Assembly (NCBI GenBank): GCA_002269645.1 | Contig: NIVC01003584.1 | Span: 25,582 to 89,581, forward strand | Source of the DNA: Macrostomum lignano | Taxonomy: Eukaryota | Length of the DNA stretch: 64,000 nucleotides | Direction of reading: 5' to 3' | Program-made: the position numbers and the translations under genes | In this document: positions 34,080 through 45,700 of the stretch, piece by piece | Layout: each line of letters begins with the position of its first letter | Position numbering within the stretch: the stretch's first letter is position 1 | The notes under the pieces: generated by a model | Seen by the model: the letters and a program-made list of their open reading frames with translations, nothing else | Told to the model about the DNA's origin: nothing | Database searches by the model: none

Positions 34080-37000
34080 TCAGGGAGGCAGCAATGGCGA
34101 CAGGGCATCGAGCAGCCGGGGGTCTCGGGTCTGCTCGATCCGGCCGCGCAGAATCCCCGGGCCGAGCAGGCGGGCCAGGCCGGCCAGGCAGTCCTCGGCG
34201 GCGGCTGCGGCCAGCTGACTGTCCTGCCGGTGCTCCAAGGCGTAGGCCACCGGCTCCAGGAAGGCTTCCAGGTGGCGCTTGAACACGGGCTTGCCAAGGC
34301 CGCTGGCCACCTGGGGCAGACGGCGCAGCACCGACTCTAGCAGGGCGAAATGGTGGGCGAACTGCCTGCGGGCAGACGGGCGGTGGGTAGGCAAGTGAGT
34401 GAGGGAGCCTGTGTGCAAACAGGTGCAAAAATAGACGGAGACTGTTAGTGGGCAACAGCAATCGGAAAACTGCAATCAGACAACTGCAATCAGACAACTG
34501 CAATCAGACAGTTACAACCAGACAACTGCAATCAGACAACTGCAATCAGACAACTGCAACCAGACAGCTGCAATCAGACAGTTACAACCAGACAACTGTA
34601 ATCAGACAAATGCAATCAGACAACTGCAACCAGACAGCTGCAATCAGACAGTTACAACCAGACAACTGTAATCAGACAAATGCAATCAGACAACTGCAAC
34701 CAGACAGCTGCAATCAGACAGTTACAACCAGACAACTGTAATCAGACAAATGCAATCAGACAACTGCAACCAGACAGCTGCAATCAGACAACTGCAACCA
34801 GACAGCTGCAATCAGACAGTTACAACCAGACAACTGTAATCAGACAAATGCAATCAGACAACTGCAATCAGACAGATGCAATCAGGCTACCTGTAAGTGG
34901 TAGCCTTAGCCAGCAGAGGCAGCAGGTCAGCCAGACGAGGCCGCAGCTCAGGCAGATCGCACAGCTCAGCCAGGAGGTGCACGCATCCGTCGGCGATCTC
35001 CCAGGGCTCGGCGGGGCGCCGGAAGTTGTGATTGGAGCAGCCGCCGCCCGGGGACATCTTGGGCGCCAGCGAGCCGCAGGAGTACATGGTGCGGTCCGTG
35101 TGCAGCGCCTCGTCGTTGTCGCGGATCCGCTTGGCCGCGGCGACGCCGAACAGCGCCGGCTCGGAGGCGAGGCCGGACGCGGCCGAACTGGACTCGGGCT
35201 GGCTGGCCGGCTGGGACAGCCCGGCCGACAGCTCGGACAGCAGGGCGTCGCCGAGGCCGGGGTTGCTGGGCAACAGGCTGGCAACGAGGCAGCGCAGCGA
35301 GGCGGCGGCGCCCTGCCTGACGGAGGGCACGCTGTCGCGGAGGTTGGCGGTGAACAGCGGCAGCAGGCGGTCCAGCATGCCGGCGGTCTCGGCGGGGTGC
35401 GCCGTGGCGAAGCGGCCGCAGGCGATGCAGGCGGCGTCGCGGACTGGCCAGCTGTCGTCGTCGAAGCAGACCAGCAGGGCGGAGTACAGCTGGGGCACGT
35501 GCGGCTGCACCACCGCGGGGTCCACCTGGGTGGGGGATGGCGATAATGGAGGCCTTGGAGTCGCTTCAGAGGAGAACATATATGAGCAATTAGTGGGGTC
35601 AGTGACCCTGGCAGGCATGTGTCAAGGGGTCAGCTGACCTCCATAGACTGAAAAATACCATGTTGGAACATATTACTGGGGTCAGTGACCTCCATAGACA
35701 GTATAGTGACTGCAGGAGCACATTGCGGGGTTCAGTGACCCACATAGACAGTACAGTGATTGCGGGAGCACATTAAAGGAGTCATTGACCCCCAAAGACA
35801 GTATAGTAACTGCAGGAGCATATTACTGGGGTCAGTGACCCCGATAGACAGTATAGTGACTTCAGGATCACATTACGGGGTCGGTGACCCCAATAGACAG
35901 TAAAATGACTGCAGAAGGGTACTTGAGTCAGTGACCCTCATATACAGTATAGTGACTGTAAGAGCACGTTACGAGGATCAATGACCTCCAGACCATATAC
36001 ATGTACACTATAGTACAGCAGGGTTAGTGGACTCCATCCCCCAAAGAGCAAGCTCACAGCTCACCTTATAACCCAGCTCGGCGATGCAAGCGCAGGCGGC
36101 CTCCCTAACAGCGTGATTGTTAGCCCTGGACTGTTCCACGTAGAACTTGACCACCTGTTCGATGTTATCGCTAACCAGCCGGGGGCCTTCAACTACAGTG
36201 GCCAGCAGGCGCCAGGTCTCCTGGTTGAACAGCCGGACTCCCTCGGCCATGTAGTAGCGGTTTAGGCACAGCGGCGGCACCAGCAGGCGCTGAATCTCTG
36301 GCGGCGGCTTCGACCGCTCGTCCACGTATTTGAGCAGGAAATTCCTGGCTGCCAGGCTAGCGGCCATTCTCACTTGGCTCCAGTTGTCCGACAGGCCTGT
36401 GGCCAGCTGCTCAGCGATGCGGCCTCTGCAGGCTGTTGGGGCGGCGTCCCCGCGGGACACCGCGGCGAGCACCTGGAAGCCGGTCTCGCGGACGAACCGG
36501 TTGGTGTGGCGCAGGGTGCTGAACACCAGCTCGAGGAGCTCGTCGTCAAGGAGACGGGCGAAGCCGGAGCCGTAGCTGAAAATTTATTCGTAAATTCATT
36601 TAGGAAGGAAAAAAGGGAGTTTCAGCTACCCAAAAGTACACAACGAACCGCCTAAAGTACACGGAGGGATAGTAAGTATTTACACAAGTTTCCATTACAA
36701 AAAACGATCCAGAGTTAAAAAACCCATAACCTCAACAGCCTACTAGCTCAGTAGCAAGAGTGTGGGCAGGCTCAGTTGCTAGGCTAGCCTCCCAGAATGT
36801 CAGTTGCCGGCAGCCCATCTCTATGGCAGCTCACCCCCAGCTTCATCTCTATGGCAGCTCACCCCCAGCTTCATCTCTATGGCAGCTCACCCCAGCTTCA
36901 TCTCTATGGCAGCTCACCCCAGCTTCATCTCTATGGCAGCTCACCCCCAGCTTCATCTCTATGGCAGCTCACCCCCAGCTTCATCTCCATGGCAGCTCAC

Positions 37001-37737
37001 CCCCAGCTTCATCTCTATAGCAGCTCACCCCCAGCTCCATCACAGGGCAGCGATCACCCCCAGCTCCATCTCACGGCAGCTCACCCATCAACCACGCAGA
37101 GCAGGCAGCGCATCCAGGTCTCCAGATTCTTCCAGCCGGCCGTGTCGTGAAAGATGGCCTCCTTGTCGTGCCGCTCCGCCGACATCATTGGCGACGGGCT
37201 GTCGGGTCGCGACGAGTCGGAAGGCGAGGCGTCCCTGGCGTCGCCAGCGGTCATCCGCTCCAAGTTGTCGCGGATGCCCGCCAGAATCAGCGGCCGGAGC
37301 AACTCCACGAAGAAGCCGCCGCTGTCACCTCCGCCAGCCGCTTCGGTGGGCTGGTCGCGCCGGCAGACTTCGCCGACGCACTCGCCGGCGGCAACCCGGA
37401 CTCGAAACTCCGGATCGCTGAGCAGCGGCAGAGCTCGGTCGAGATGCCGACGGAGCAGCTCCGGGGAAACCGGCGGCTGGAGATGTTGGAGCAGCAGGCA
37501 GCTGGCGCGCAGGCAACCGAAGCGCTGCTCCCAGGCCTCGGGCTCCAGCTGGCCGGAATCGGCCGCCTGCCACTTGGTATCCAGCCAAGCTGCCACCGTT
37601 GCTAGGGCAGAGCTCAAGTCGGTTGCCAGGGCGGACTGGACGGCAGTTTCTGAGCGGTCTCGCTCGAGCTTGGTGCCTGCGCAGAGGCCATCCAGACTGG
37701 CCGTCAGCGAGGCAGACTGCGGATGATCCACCTCCAT
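34080..37737 (-). CDS. HEAT/ARM-repeat protein (predicted 694 aa, 4 exons)
   Basis: Exons 37737-37085, 36575-36065, 35525-34891 and 34365-34080 join in frame via GT-AG. HEAT-like signatures: LLSDPEFRVRVAAGEC, LRHTNRFVRETG, LSDNWSQVRMAA, NNHAVREAAC, FDDDSWPVRDAAC, LRDSVPSVRQGAA. Confidence 0.88.
34475..34885 (+). repeat. 14-15-bp minisatellite (caactgcaatcaga)n, HEAT intron 3
   Basis: Tandem periodicity. Confidence 0.95.
35590..36000 (+). repeat. Degenerate ~55-bp repeat with ggggtcagtgacccc hairpin, HEAT intron 2
   Basis: Recurring ggggtcagtgaccc...atagacagtatagtgactgcaggagcacatt. Confidence 0.8.
36810..37080 (+). repeat. 28-29-bp minisatellite, HEAT intron 1
   Basis: (cagctcacccccagcttcatctctatgg)n. 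Confidence 0.93.
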
Positions 37738-37784
37738 GAATATGGAGGGCGGCTTGGTCTGGGTTTGGTTTGCTTTTGAAGGGC

Positions 37785-38370
37785 CCAGCAACTGAGGATC
37801 TGGGAGGCTGACCCAGCAACTGAGGAGCTGGGAGGCTGGCCCAGCAACTGAGGAGCTGGGAGGCTGGCTCAGCAACTGAGGATCTGGGAAGCTGGCTCAG
37901 CAACTGATGATGTCGGAGGCTGGCCTCAGCAACTGAGGATCTGGGAAGCTGGCTCAGCAACTGAGGAGCTGGGAGGCTGGCCCAGCAACTGAGGAGCTGG
38001 GAGGCTGGCCCAGCAACTGAGGATCTGGGAAACTGGCTCAGCAACTGAGGATCTGGGAAGCTGGCTCAGCAACTGATGATGTCGGAGGCTGGCCTCAGCA
38101 ACTGAGGAGCTGGGAGGCTGGCCCAGCAACTGAGGAGCTGGGAGGCTGGCTCAGCAACTGAGGATCTGGGAAGCTGGCTCAGCAACTGATTATGTCGGAG
38201 GCTGGCCTCAGCAACTGAGGATCTGGGAAGCTGGCTCAGCAACTGAGGAGCTGGGAGGCTGGCCCAGCAACTGAGGATCTGGGAAGCTGGCCTCAGCAAC
38301 TGAGGATCTGGGAGGCTGGTGGCCCAGCAACTGAGGATCTGGGAAGCTGGCTCAGCAACTGAAGAGCTGG
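37785..38370 (+). repeat. 28-bp minisatellite (cagcaactgaggatctgggaagctggct)n
   Basis: Tandem array immediately upstream of the HEAT gene start. Confidence 0.95.
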
Positions 38371-39059
38371 CCGTAGTTTATTTAGGAAACACTGAATGTC
38401 TTGAAATAAAAAAACATGGAAATGACATCTTGTTAAAAATATAATTTCTTAGCCTTAAAACTGTCAAAGTACAGGCGGATTAATTATTTATCAAACTGAT
38501 ATGCTCTTAGCAACGCAATGCACTCGATGCATTTAGATACAAAATGGGTTAGAAAATTTGTACTCACAAAAATCTTTGATAAAAAATGATGCTTTTCGCC
38601 ATGTATAATGACAGAACAGCCATTACAATGGGGTTATGACTATAACATATTTCAATTTGTCATTTGGCACAACAAACTTGAATTAACAACAGCAAAAGTA
38701 CACAAGGACATGACCAGTTAGCAACAAACACTCAAGCTGAATACGTTCAGAAAGAAGCACTAAATAATCGGTTACTTGTACTTTCCTACAATAAAGTTCG
38801 ATGACGCGTAAAACAAAAGTGCTTTATTGGAAAACTTATTCAATAAAACAGCCGTATTGATAGCACTGGGGTCTGTCTGCAGCACCGAGGACTTTCACTT
38901 TGGTCTTTGGCATCATGATTTGATGAACTTTTCTGCGCAACATGGAGCCAGCATAATCTGGCTAGAGGCGCCACAATCCAACAGGGGGTGTCAAAATTCA
39001 CTGAAGGGCGCCACAATTTAACAGGGGACGCCACAATCAACGGGTAGCGCCACAATCCA

Positions 39060-39985
39060 CTAAGGGCGCCACAATCTGCCGGGGTACCTCAATACACTAG
39101 GGGCCCACAATCTACAGGGGTACCTCAATACACTAGGGGCCCACAATCTACAGGGGTACCGCAATACACTAGGGGCCCACAATCTACCGGGGTACCTCAA
39201 TACACTAGGGGCCCACAATCTACAGGGGTACCTCAATACACTAGGGGCCCACAATCTACAGGGGTACCTCAATACACTAGGGGCCCACAATCTACAGGGG
39301 TACCGCAATACACTAGGGGCCCACAATCTACCGGGGTACCTCAATACACTAGGGGCCCACAATCTACAGGGGTACCTCAATACACTAGGGGCCCACAATC
39401 TACAGGGGTACCTCAATACACTAGGGGCCCACAATCTGCCGGGGTACCGCAATACACTAGGGGCCCACAATCTACCGGGGTACCTCAATACACTAGGGGC
39501 CCACAATCTGCCGGGGTACCGCAATACACTAGGGGCCCACAATCTACCGGGGTACCGCAATACACTAGGGGCCCACAATCTACAGGGGTACCTCAATACA
39601 CTAGGGGCCCACAATCTGCCGGGGTACCGCAATACACTAGGGGCCCACAATCTACAGGGGTACCTCAATACACTAGGGGCCCACAATCTACAGGGGTACC
39701 TCAATACACTAGGGGCCCACAATCTACCGGGGTACCTCAATACACTAGGGGCCCACAATCTACAGGGGTACCTCAATACACTAGGGGCCCACAATCTACA
39801 GGGGTACCTCAATACACTAGGGGCCCACAATCTGCCGGGGTACCGCAATACACTAGGGGCCCACAATCTACCGGGGTACCTCAATACACTAGGGGCCCAC
39901 AATCTACAGGGGTACCTCAATACACTAGGGGCCCACAATCTACAGGGGTACCTCAATACACTAGGGGCCCACAATCTAACTGGGG
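39060..39985 (+). repeat. 36-bp minisatellite (gggcccacaatctacaggggtacctcaatacactag)n
   Basis: About 25 units; translates as the spurious LWAPSVLRYPCR repeat. Confidence 0.97.
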
Positions 39986-40029
39986 GCGCTACAAGCAACT
40001 GTGGGCACTACAATATACTTGGGAACAAA

Positions 40030-40790
40030 ACAATACACTAGAGGGGGCGCCACACTACACTAGGGGGCGCCACACTACACTAGAGGGGCGCCACAATACA
40101 CTAGAGGGGGCGCCACAATACACTACAGGGGGCGCCACAATACACTAGAGGGGGCGCCACAATACACTACAGGGGGCGCCACAATACACTAGAGGGGGCG
40201 CTACAATACACTAGAGGGGGCGCCACAATACACTAGAGGGGGCGCCACAATACACTAGAGGGGGCGCCACAATACACTAGAGGGGCGCCACAATACACTA
40301 GAGGGGGCGCCACAATACACTAGAGGGGGCGCCACACTACACTAGAGGGGGCGCCACAATACACTATAGAGGGGGCGCCACAATACACTAGAGGGGGCGC
40401 CACAATACACTAGAGGGGGCGCCACAATACACTAGAGGGGCGCCACAATACACTAGAGGGGCGCCACAATACACTAGAGGGGGCGCCACAATACACTAGA
40501 GGGGGCGCCACAATACACTAGAGGGGGCGCCACAATACACTAGAGGGGGCGCCACACTACACTAGAGGGGGCGCCACAATACACTATAGAGGGGGCGCCA
40601 CAATACACTAGAGGGGGCGCCACACTACACTAGAGGGGGCGCCACAATACACTATAGAGGGGGCGCCACAATACACTAGAGGGGCGTTACAAAACACTAG
40701 AGGGGCGCCACAATACACTAGAGGGGGTGCCACAATACACTAGAGGGGGCGCCACGATACACTAGAGGGGGCGCCACAATACACTAGAGG
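40030..40790 (+). repeat. 22-23-bp minisatellite (gggggcgccacaatacactaga)n
   Basis: About 33 units; shares both ends with the adjacent 36-bp unit. Confidence 0.97.
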
Positions 40791-41464
40791 GTGATTCCAA
40801 AGATCCCAGCTGTTTCATACAAACTACGAGCATTACTCGTGAGAAGACAAGAATGAGAGGTCCGAACACCATCAGAGACGCTGCAAGCATCAGCAGCCAA
40901 CTACAGAACATTGAGCAGGCAAAGTGCTCAATGCATTATTCTGCTTATTTTATTTCAGCAGTTATGCAAAATACTAATCAACTGCATTGGGAAATATCTA
41001 AAAATAATACTCTATATCTCACTGCAATCTCTAGAGTTGCCATGGGCGCGAGCTGAGAGTATGCCAAGACTACACTGTAACGGAATGTACAAATTCAATA
41101 GATATTACACTGTTTGATGTTAATATGTTAGCGGCTGTGAAACTATAACTATATATCAGTAAGCTGATTGGCATATTTAACTAGCATATTGGCTTTCTAA
41201 GAAAAGTACATCGCGATGAAACAGTGCGCAACTTGTGAATTCGGATTTTATTCTAACAAAAATGCCACATTTTCAACTGTCAGCATGCAAGCTTAGAGAG
41301 CTGCGTTTTGTTTTAACGACCTGCCCTAAATGACTGACGGCACGGCGAACTGAGTTTGTGGTTCAGAAGGAAAAACAGGGAAGACTGACACTGATATTGA
41401 ATCTCCGCTTTGAGATCCAGAGAGCAGTCAAAATGTCAAATGCGCTGAAAATCTAGTGAGCACT

Positions 41465-41990
41465 TTTGGACACCTTCCATTTGGGTTTCGGGCACCTTTT
41501 ATTTGGGTTTCGGACACCTTTCATTTGCATTTCGGACACCAATTTGAAATTTGGACACCTTCCATTTGGGTTTCGGAAACCTTCCATTCGGGTTTCGGAC
41601 ACCTTTCATTTGGATTTCGGACACCTTTCATTTGCGTTTCGGACACCTTTCATTTGGATTTCGGACACCTTTCATTTGCGTTTCGGACACCTTTCATTTG
41701 GGTTTCGGACACTTTCCATTTGGGTTCCGGACACGTTCCATTCGGGTTTCGGACACCTTTCATTTGGATTTCGGACACCTTTCATTTGCGTTTCGGACAC
41801 CTTTCATTTGGATTTCGGACACCTTTCATTTGCGTTTCGGACACCTTTCATTTGGGTTTCGGACACTTTCCATTTGGGTTTCGGACACTTTCCATTTGGG
41901 TTCCGGACACGTTCCATTAGGATTTCGGACACCTTTCATCTGCGTTCCGGACACCTTTAATTTGGGTTCCGGACATCTTCCATTTGTATG
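41465..41990 (+). repeat. 22-bp minisatellite (ttcggacacctttcatttggg/cgt)n
   Basis: Tandem periodicity. Confidence 0.95.
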
Positions 41991-42243
41991 AGCACAAAAC
42001 AGTGATTCCAGAAACTGACAACAGCAGGAAGCGGCAGCGGTGAGAACAAAATTCGCAGTTGTGAGAGAATTTCACTAACAGACAATTAGGCTGCAGCACT
42101 CCCGGCAGGCAAATTTTATACTGCAAAACTCGTAAAAAATATTCAAAGACAATTCAGGGCGTGACCTACAAAAAATAAATAAATAACAGTACTGATAATA
42201 ACAAAATTGTATTAGATGGGACTATTACACTAGCATGGGATTC

Positions 42244-42631
42244 CTACGAGATCAGCACCCCATAGCAACCGTTGCTAGGCTCGCTAATCAGCGTCAATTC
42301 GGCCGGCAATGGAGAGCCGCAGGGCGGATCCTCCGCTGTCGGCTCGAACACCTGGCAGGTGAGGCCGTCGTCCCGGGCTGCGGATTCGAGCGGCGGACTG
42401 AGCAGGCGGATGGTCAGGCCCAGCGACTCGGCCAGCAGCTGCAGGTCCTCGGCTTCGGGCAAGGCGGCGGCCAGCAGGCGGGAACGCAGCTGCGGTTCAG
42501 GTGCCTGCCGCTGCTCAGCCTGGATGAGGGTCAGCGCCGCAGCGGCCTCCAGAAGGTCGCCGTCACCTCGGCTGCCGTTGAAGGCCTGTCAGATCAGCGG
42601 TTGACGTGCGTTCTAGGAGGAATGTATGTGT

Positions 42632-42678
<47 letters not shown>

Positions 42679-42679
42679 T

Positions 42680-42742
<63 letters not shown>

Positions 42743-45700
42743 TAGACAGACAGACAGGCAGACAGACAGACAGACACAGACAGACAGGCACACACACACA
42801 CATACACAGACAGACCTGCAGGGTCTCCCACTCGCGGAACAGCGAGCCGGGCTCAGCCCGAATGGACGCCAGCCGGGTGTGCAGGGAGCGCAGGCTGGCG
42901 CGGGCCCTGGCCAGAGGCGAGCTGGGCTGCTGCCGGGCGGCCACTGCCGCCGCAAAAGGCGACTGCGAGGCCGGCAGCTCGTCTGCTGCGGCGCAGTCCA
43001 CAGCCTCCTCTGCCGCTGCGGCCGCAGCAGCCGCCGCGGTGGCGCCTGCTTGGTCAACGGGGTGGAACGGCCAGGTGTCGCTGAGCCAGCCGTGACGAGC
43101 GAAGGCCGAGTCCAACTCCTACGGGGCAGTGAGTGCAAATGCAGCGCTGCAGATTCACCTGATTTGATCTCAGCCCTTGAATTATAATTATAGCTTCTAT
43201 TTTCGAAGACAAATTTTAAGCATTCATTACACTCGCAATTAATTACTATAATGCAACTCTCAAGCATGGGCCTGGTCTTATCTATAGATTCGTCTACTAA
43301 TACCAACCTTACCTACACTCTTGATTTGTATGCAATTCGTTAGTAGTAGTATGGCCTCAGCCTTGTCATTTTACTGCAATGTACTTTTATAATTGCATCA
43401 TTCAAATTTCTTTCCAGCTTAGTCTAATCGCATCTCCTTAACTATATTTCCTTATTGGACTGTTTCAGTCCAATCTCATCCCCAGTTCAATCTAATCTCA
43501 TCCCTAGTTTAATCTAATCTCATCCCTATTCCAGTCTAATTTTATCCCCATTTCAGTCCAATCTCATCCCCAGTTCAATCTAATCTCATCCCTAGTTTAA
43601 TCTAATCTCATCCCTATTCCAGTCTAATTTTATCCCCACTTCAGTCCAATCTCATCCCCAGTTCAATCTAATCTCATCCCTAGTTTAATCTAATCTCATC
43701 CCTATTCCAGTCTAATTTTATCCCTATTTCAGTCCAATCTCATCCCCAGTTCAATCCAATCTTATCCGCAGTTCAGTCTAATCTCATCCGTATTCCAGTC
43801 TAGTATCAGCCCAGCCGCACCTGCAAGCAGTGCTGGCAGTCCCCGGGCAGGTGCCGCCGCTTCAAGCAGAATCCAAAGAGCGCCGCCCTGTGCAGAGCGC
43901 AGCGCCGTCTCGACCAGCTGCCGAAGCTGTCGGCGCCAGCGACGCGCCGAATAAAAGCGCCGCGACCGCTGCAGTCGGCTAGGAAGCGCTGACGCTGCTG
44001 CTCTGCTGAGCAGTGCAACGCCGACTTGGCATAGTCGGTGAGTCGCTCTAATTGGCCGATGGGCAGGCGGTGACTCCGCTGCTGCTCAGGCGAGGATGCC
44101 GCCTGCTCAAACGGTGACTCTGTGATGACGGATGCGTCTGGCGACTCGCTAGCCAGAATGCTGCCTACAATTCCGTTGAATGTCGAATTTCAAATGTTGA
44201 TGATGAATGAGATGAAACAGAGTCACTTGCGTTGCCCCCAGAGTCTTTTCAGACTCGTTGCAGGTAAAAAAATAAAAAAATAAGTGACTCTACGAGGGAT
44301 ACTCTAAAAGTTTTGCAATTCGACTATTTAAAGTTAATTTTGCCAAACTTTTCTATTACAATCCTTCAAAGTAGGCTCCCCGGAACTGCAAACACTTGTG
44401 CGCTCGTCCGAGCCACTTGTTCATCAAGCCCTGGAAGTCTTCAATTGGGATGCCGTCAATCGCCTCCTTCGCCGCCTGCTCCAGCTCCTCGTCGGACTGA
44501 AACCTGCGCCCCCTAAGCGACTTTTTGATTTCTGGAAAGAGCCAGAAGTCGCAGGGGGCGAGGTCTGGTGAGTAGGCCGGGTGTGGTAGCGTTGAAATGC
44601 CCTCTTGGTCCAGGAACGCTCGAGTTGCAGCAGCCGTGTGGGCGGGGGCGTTGTCATGGTGAAGCTTCCGCCCTCGCATTCCCGTCCTTGGCGCCCTCTG
44701 GGTCACGCTGTCGATCACGACTGGCAAGCACTCTTCAGTGTACCATCGAGCAGTGACTGTAGCTTGACCCTCCAGCTTCACCATCGCCACCACGCCTTGT
44801 GAGTCGAAGAAGATGGCAAACATCCGCTTGCCCTGGGACCGGGACCGCCTTGCTTTCAGGGGTCGTTGACCACCTTCCGGCACCCACTCTGCACTGCTGC
44901 GCTTTGTCTCGACGTCAAAATGATACAGAAACGTCTCATCACCAGTGATGACCTCAGAGCGGCGCTGATGGCTCCCGTGCTCATATCGATTGATGAGAAA
45001 CTGACAGAACTCCATGCGGGCCTGTTTTTGAGCATCTGTCAGGATGTGGGGTATCCATCGGGCACAAAGCTTCCTGACTCTCAGGTGATCGTGTAGAATC
45101 GTATCGACCGCTGCCGATCCAATGCCGACATTCATAGCTAGCATGTCCGTGGTGATTCGCGGATCCTGATGAATCAGCTCCTGCACTGCAGCGATGTTTT
45201 CCTCCGTCACTGCTGTCGGAGGTCTCCCGGGCCGGGGGTCGTCAGAAAAGCTGGTCCTGCCGGCCTGGAACTCGCGGTACCAGCGTGTAACCGTAGCATA
45301 TGACGGCGCTTGAGCCTCCAATGTTGCTAGTAGCTCGGCATGAGTCTCAAGCGCCGTGAGCTTTCGCTTGTGGCAGTACCAAATTAGTAGCCGATTCTGC
45401 TCACGATTCAATTCCATGGCTGCAGCTGTACAGTTAAGGAGTCTCTGACTTTGACTGGGGGCTGAGCAGGCGTATATGTATGAATTCACTTGAAAATTGA
45501 GGTGGGGACTATGTACATGTTTATTGTACAGAGAGTTGGTTTTGAAGATTGTGCGACTTGCGCAAGTGGTTGAATTGCAAAACTTTTGGAGTATCCCTCG
45601 TACATGTAGACGCCTTTGAAACGGCGAGATGCCACGGTACAGGTGGCCGAAAAAGCCGTCAGAGTCGCCTAACAGTCAATTTGATGTGTTTTGTTGTTTG

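Noticed and set aside
39060-40790. 36-bp array as CRISPR, or as a repeat protein (LWAPSVLRYPCR)n
   Set aside because: No spacers; the open frame is a by-product of a stop-free unit whose length is a multiple of 3; no splice or coding context.
42258-42279. Back-to-back RFX half sites (ccatagcaac/gttgctagg)
   Set aside because: They lie in the coding sequence for SNGCYG of the OTULIN-like last exon and are explained by codons.
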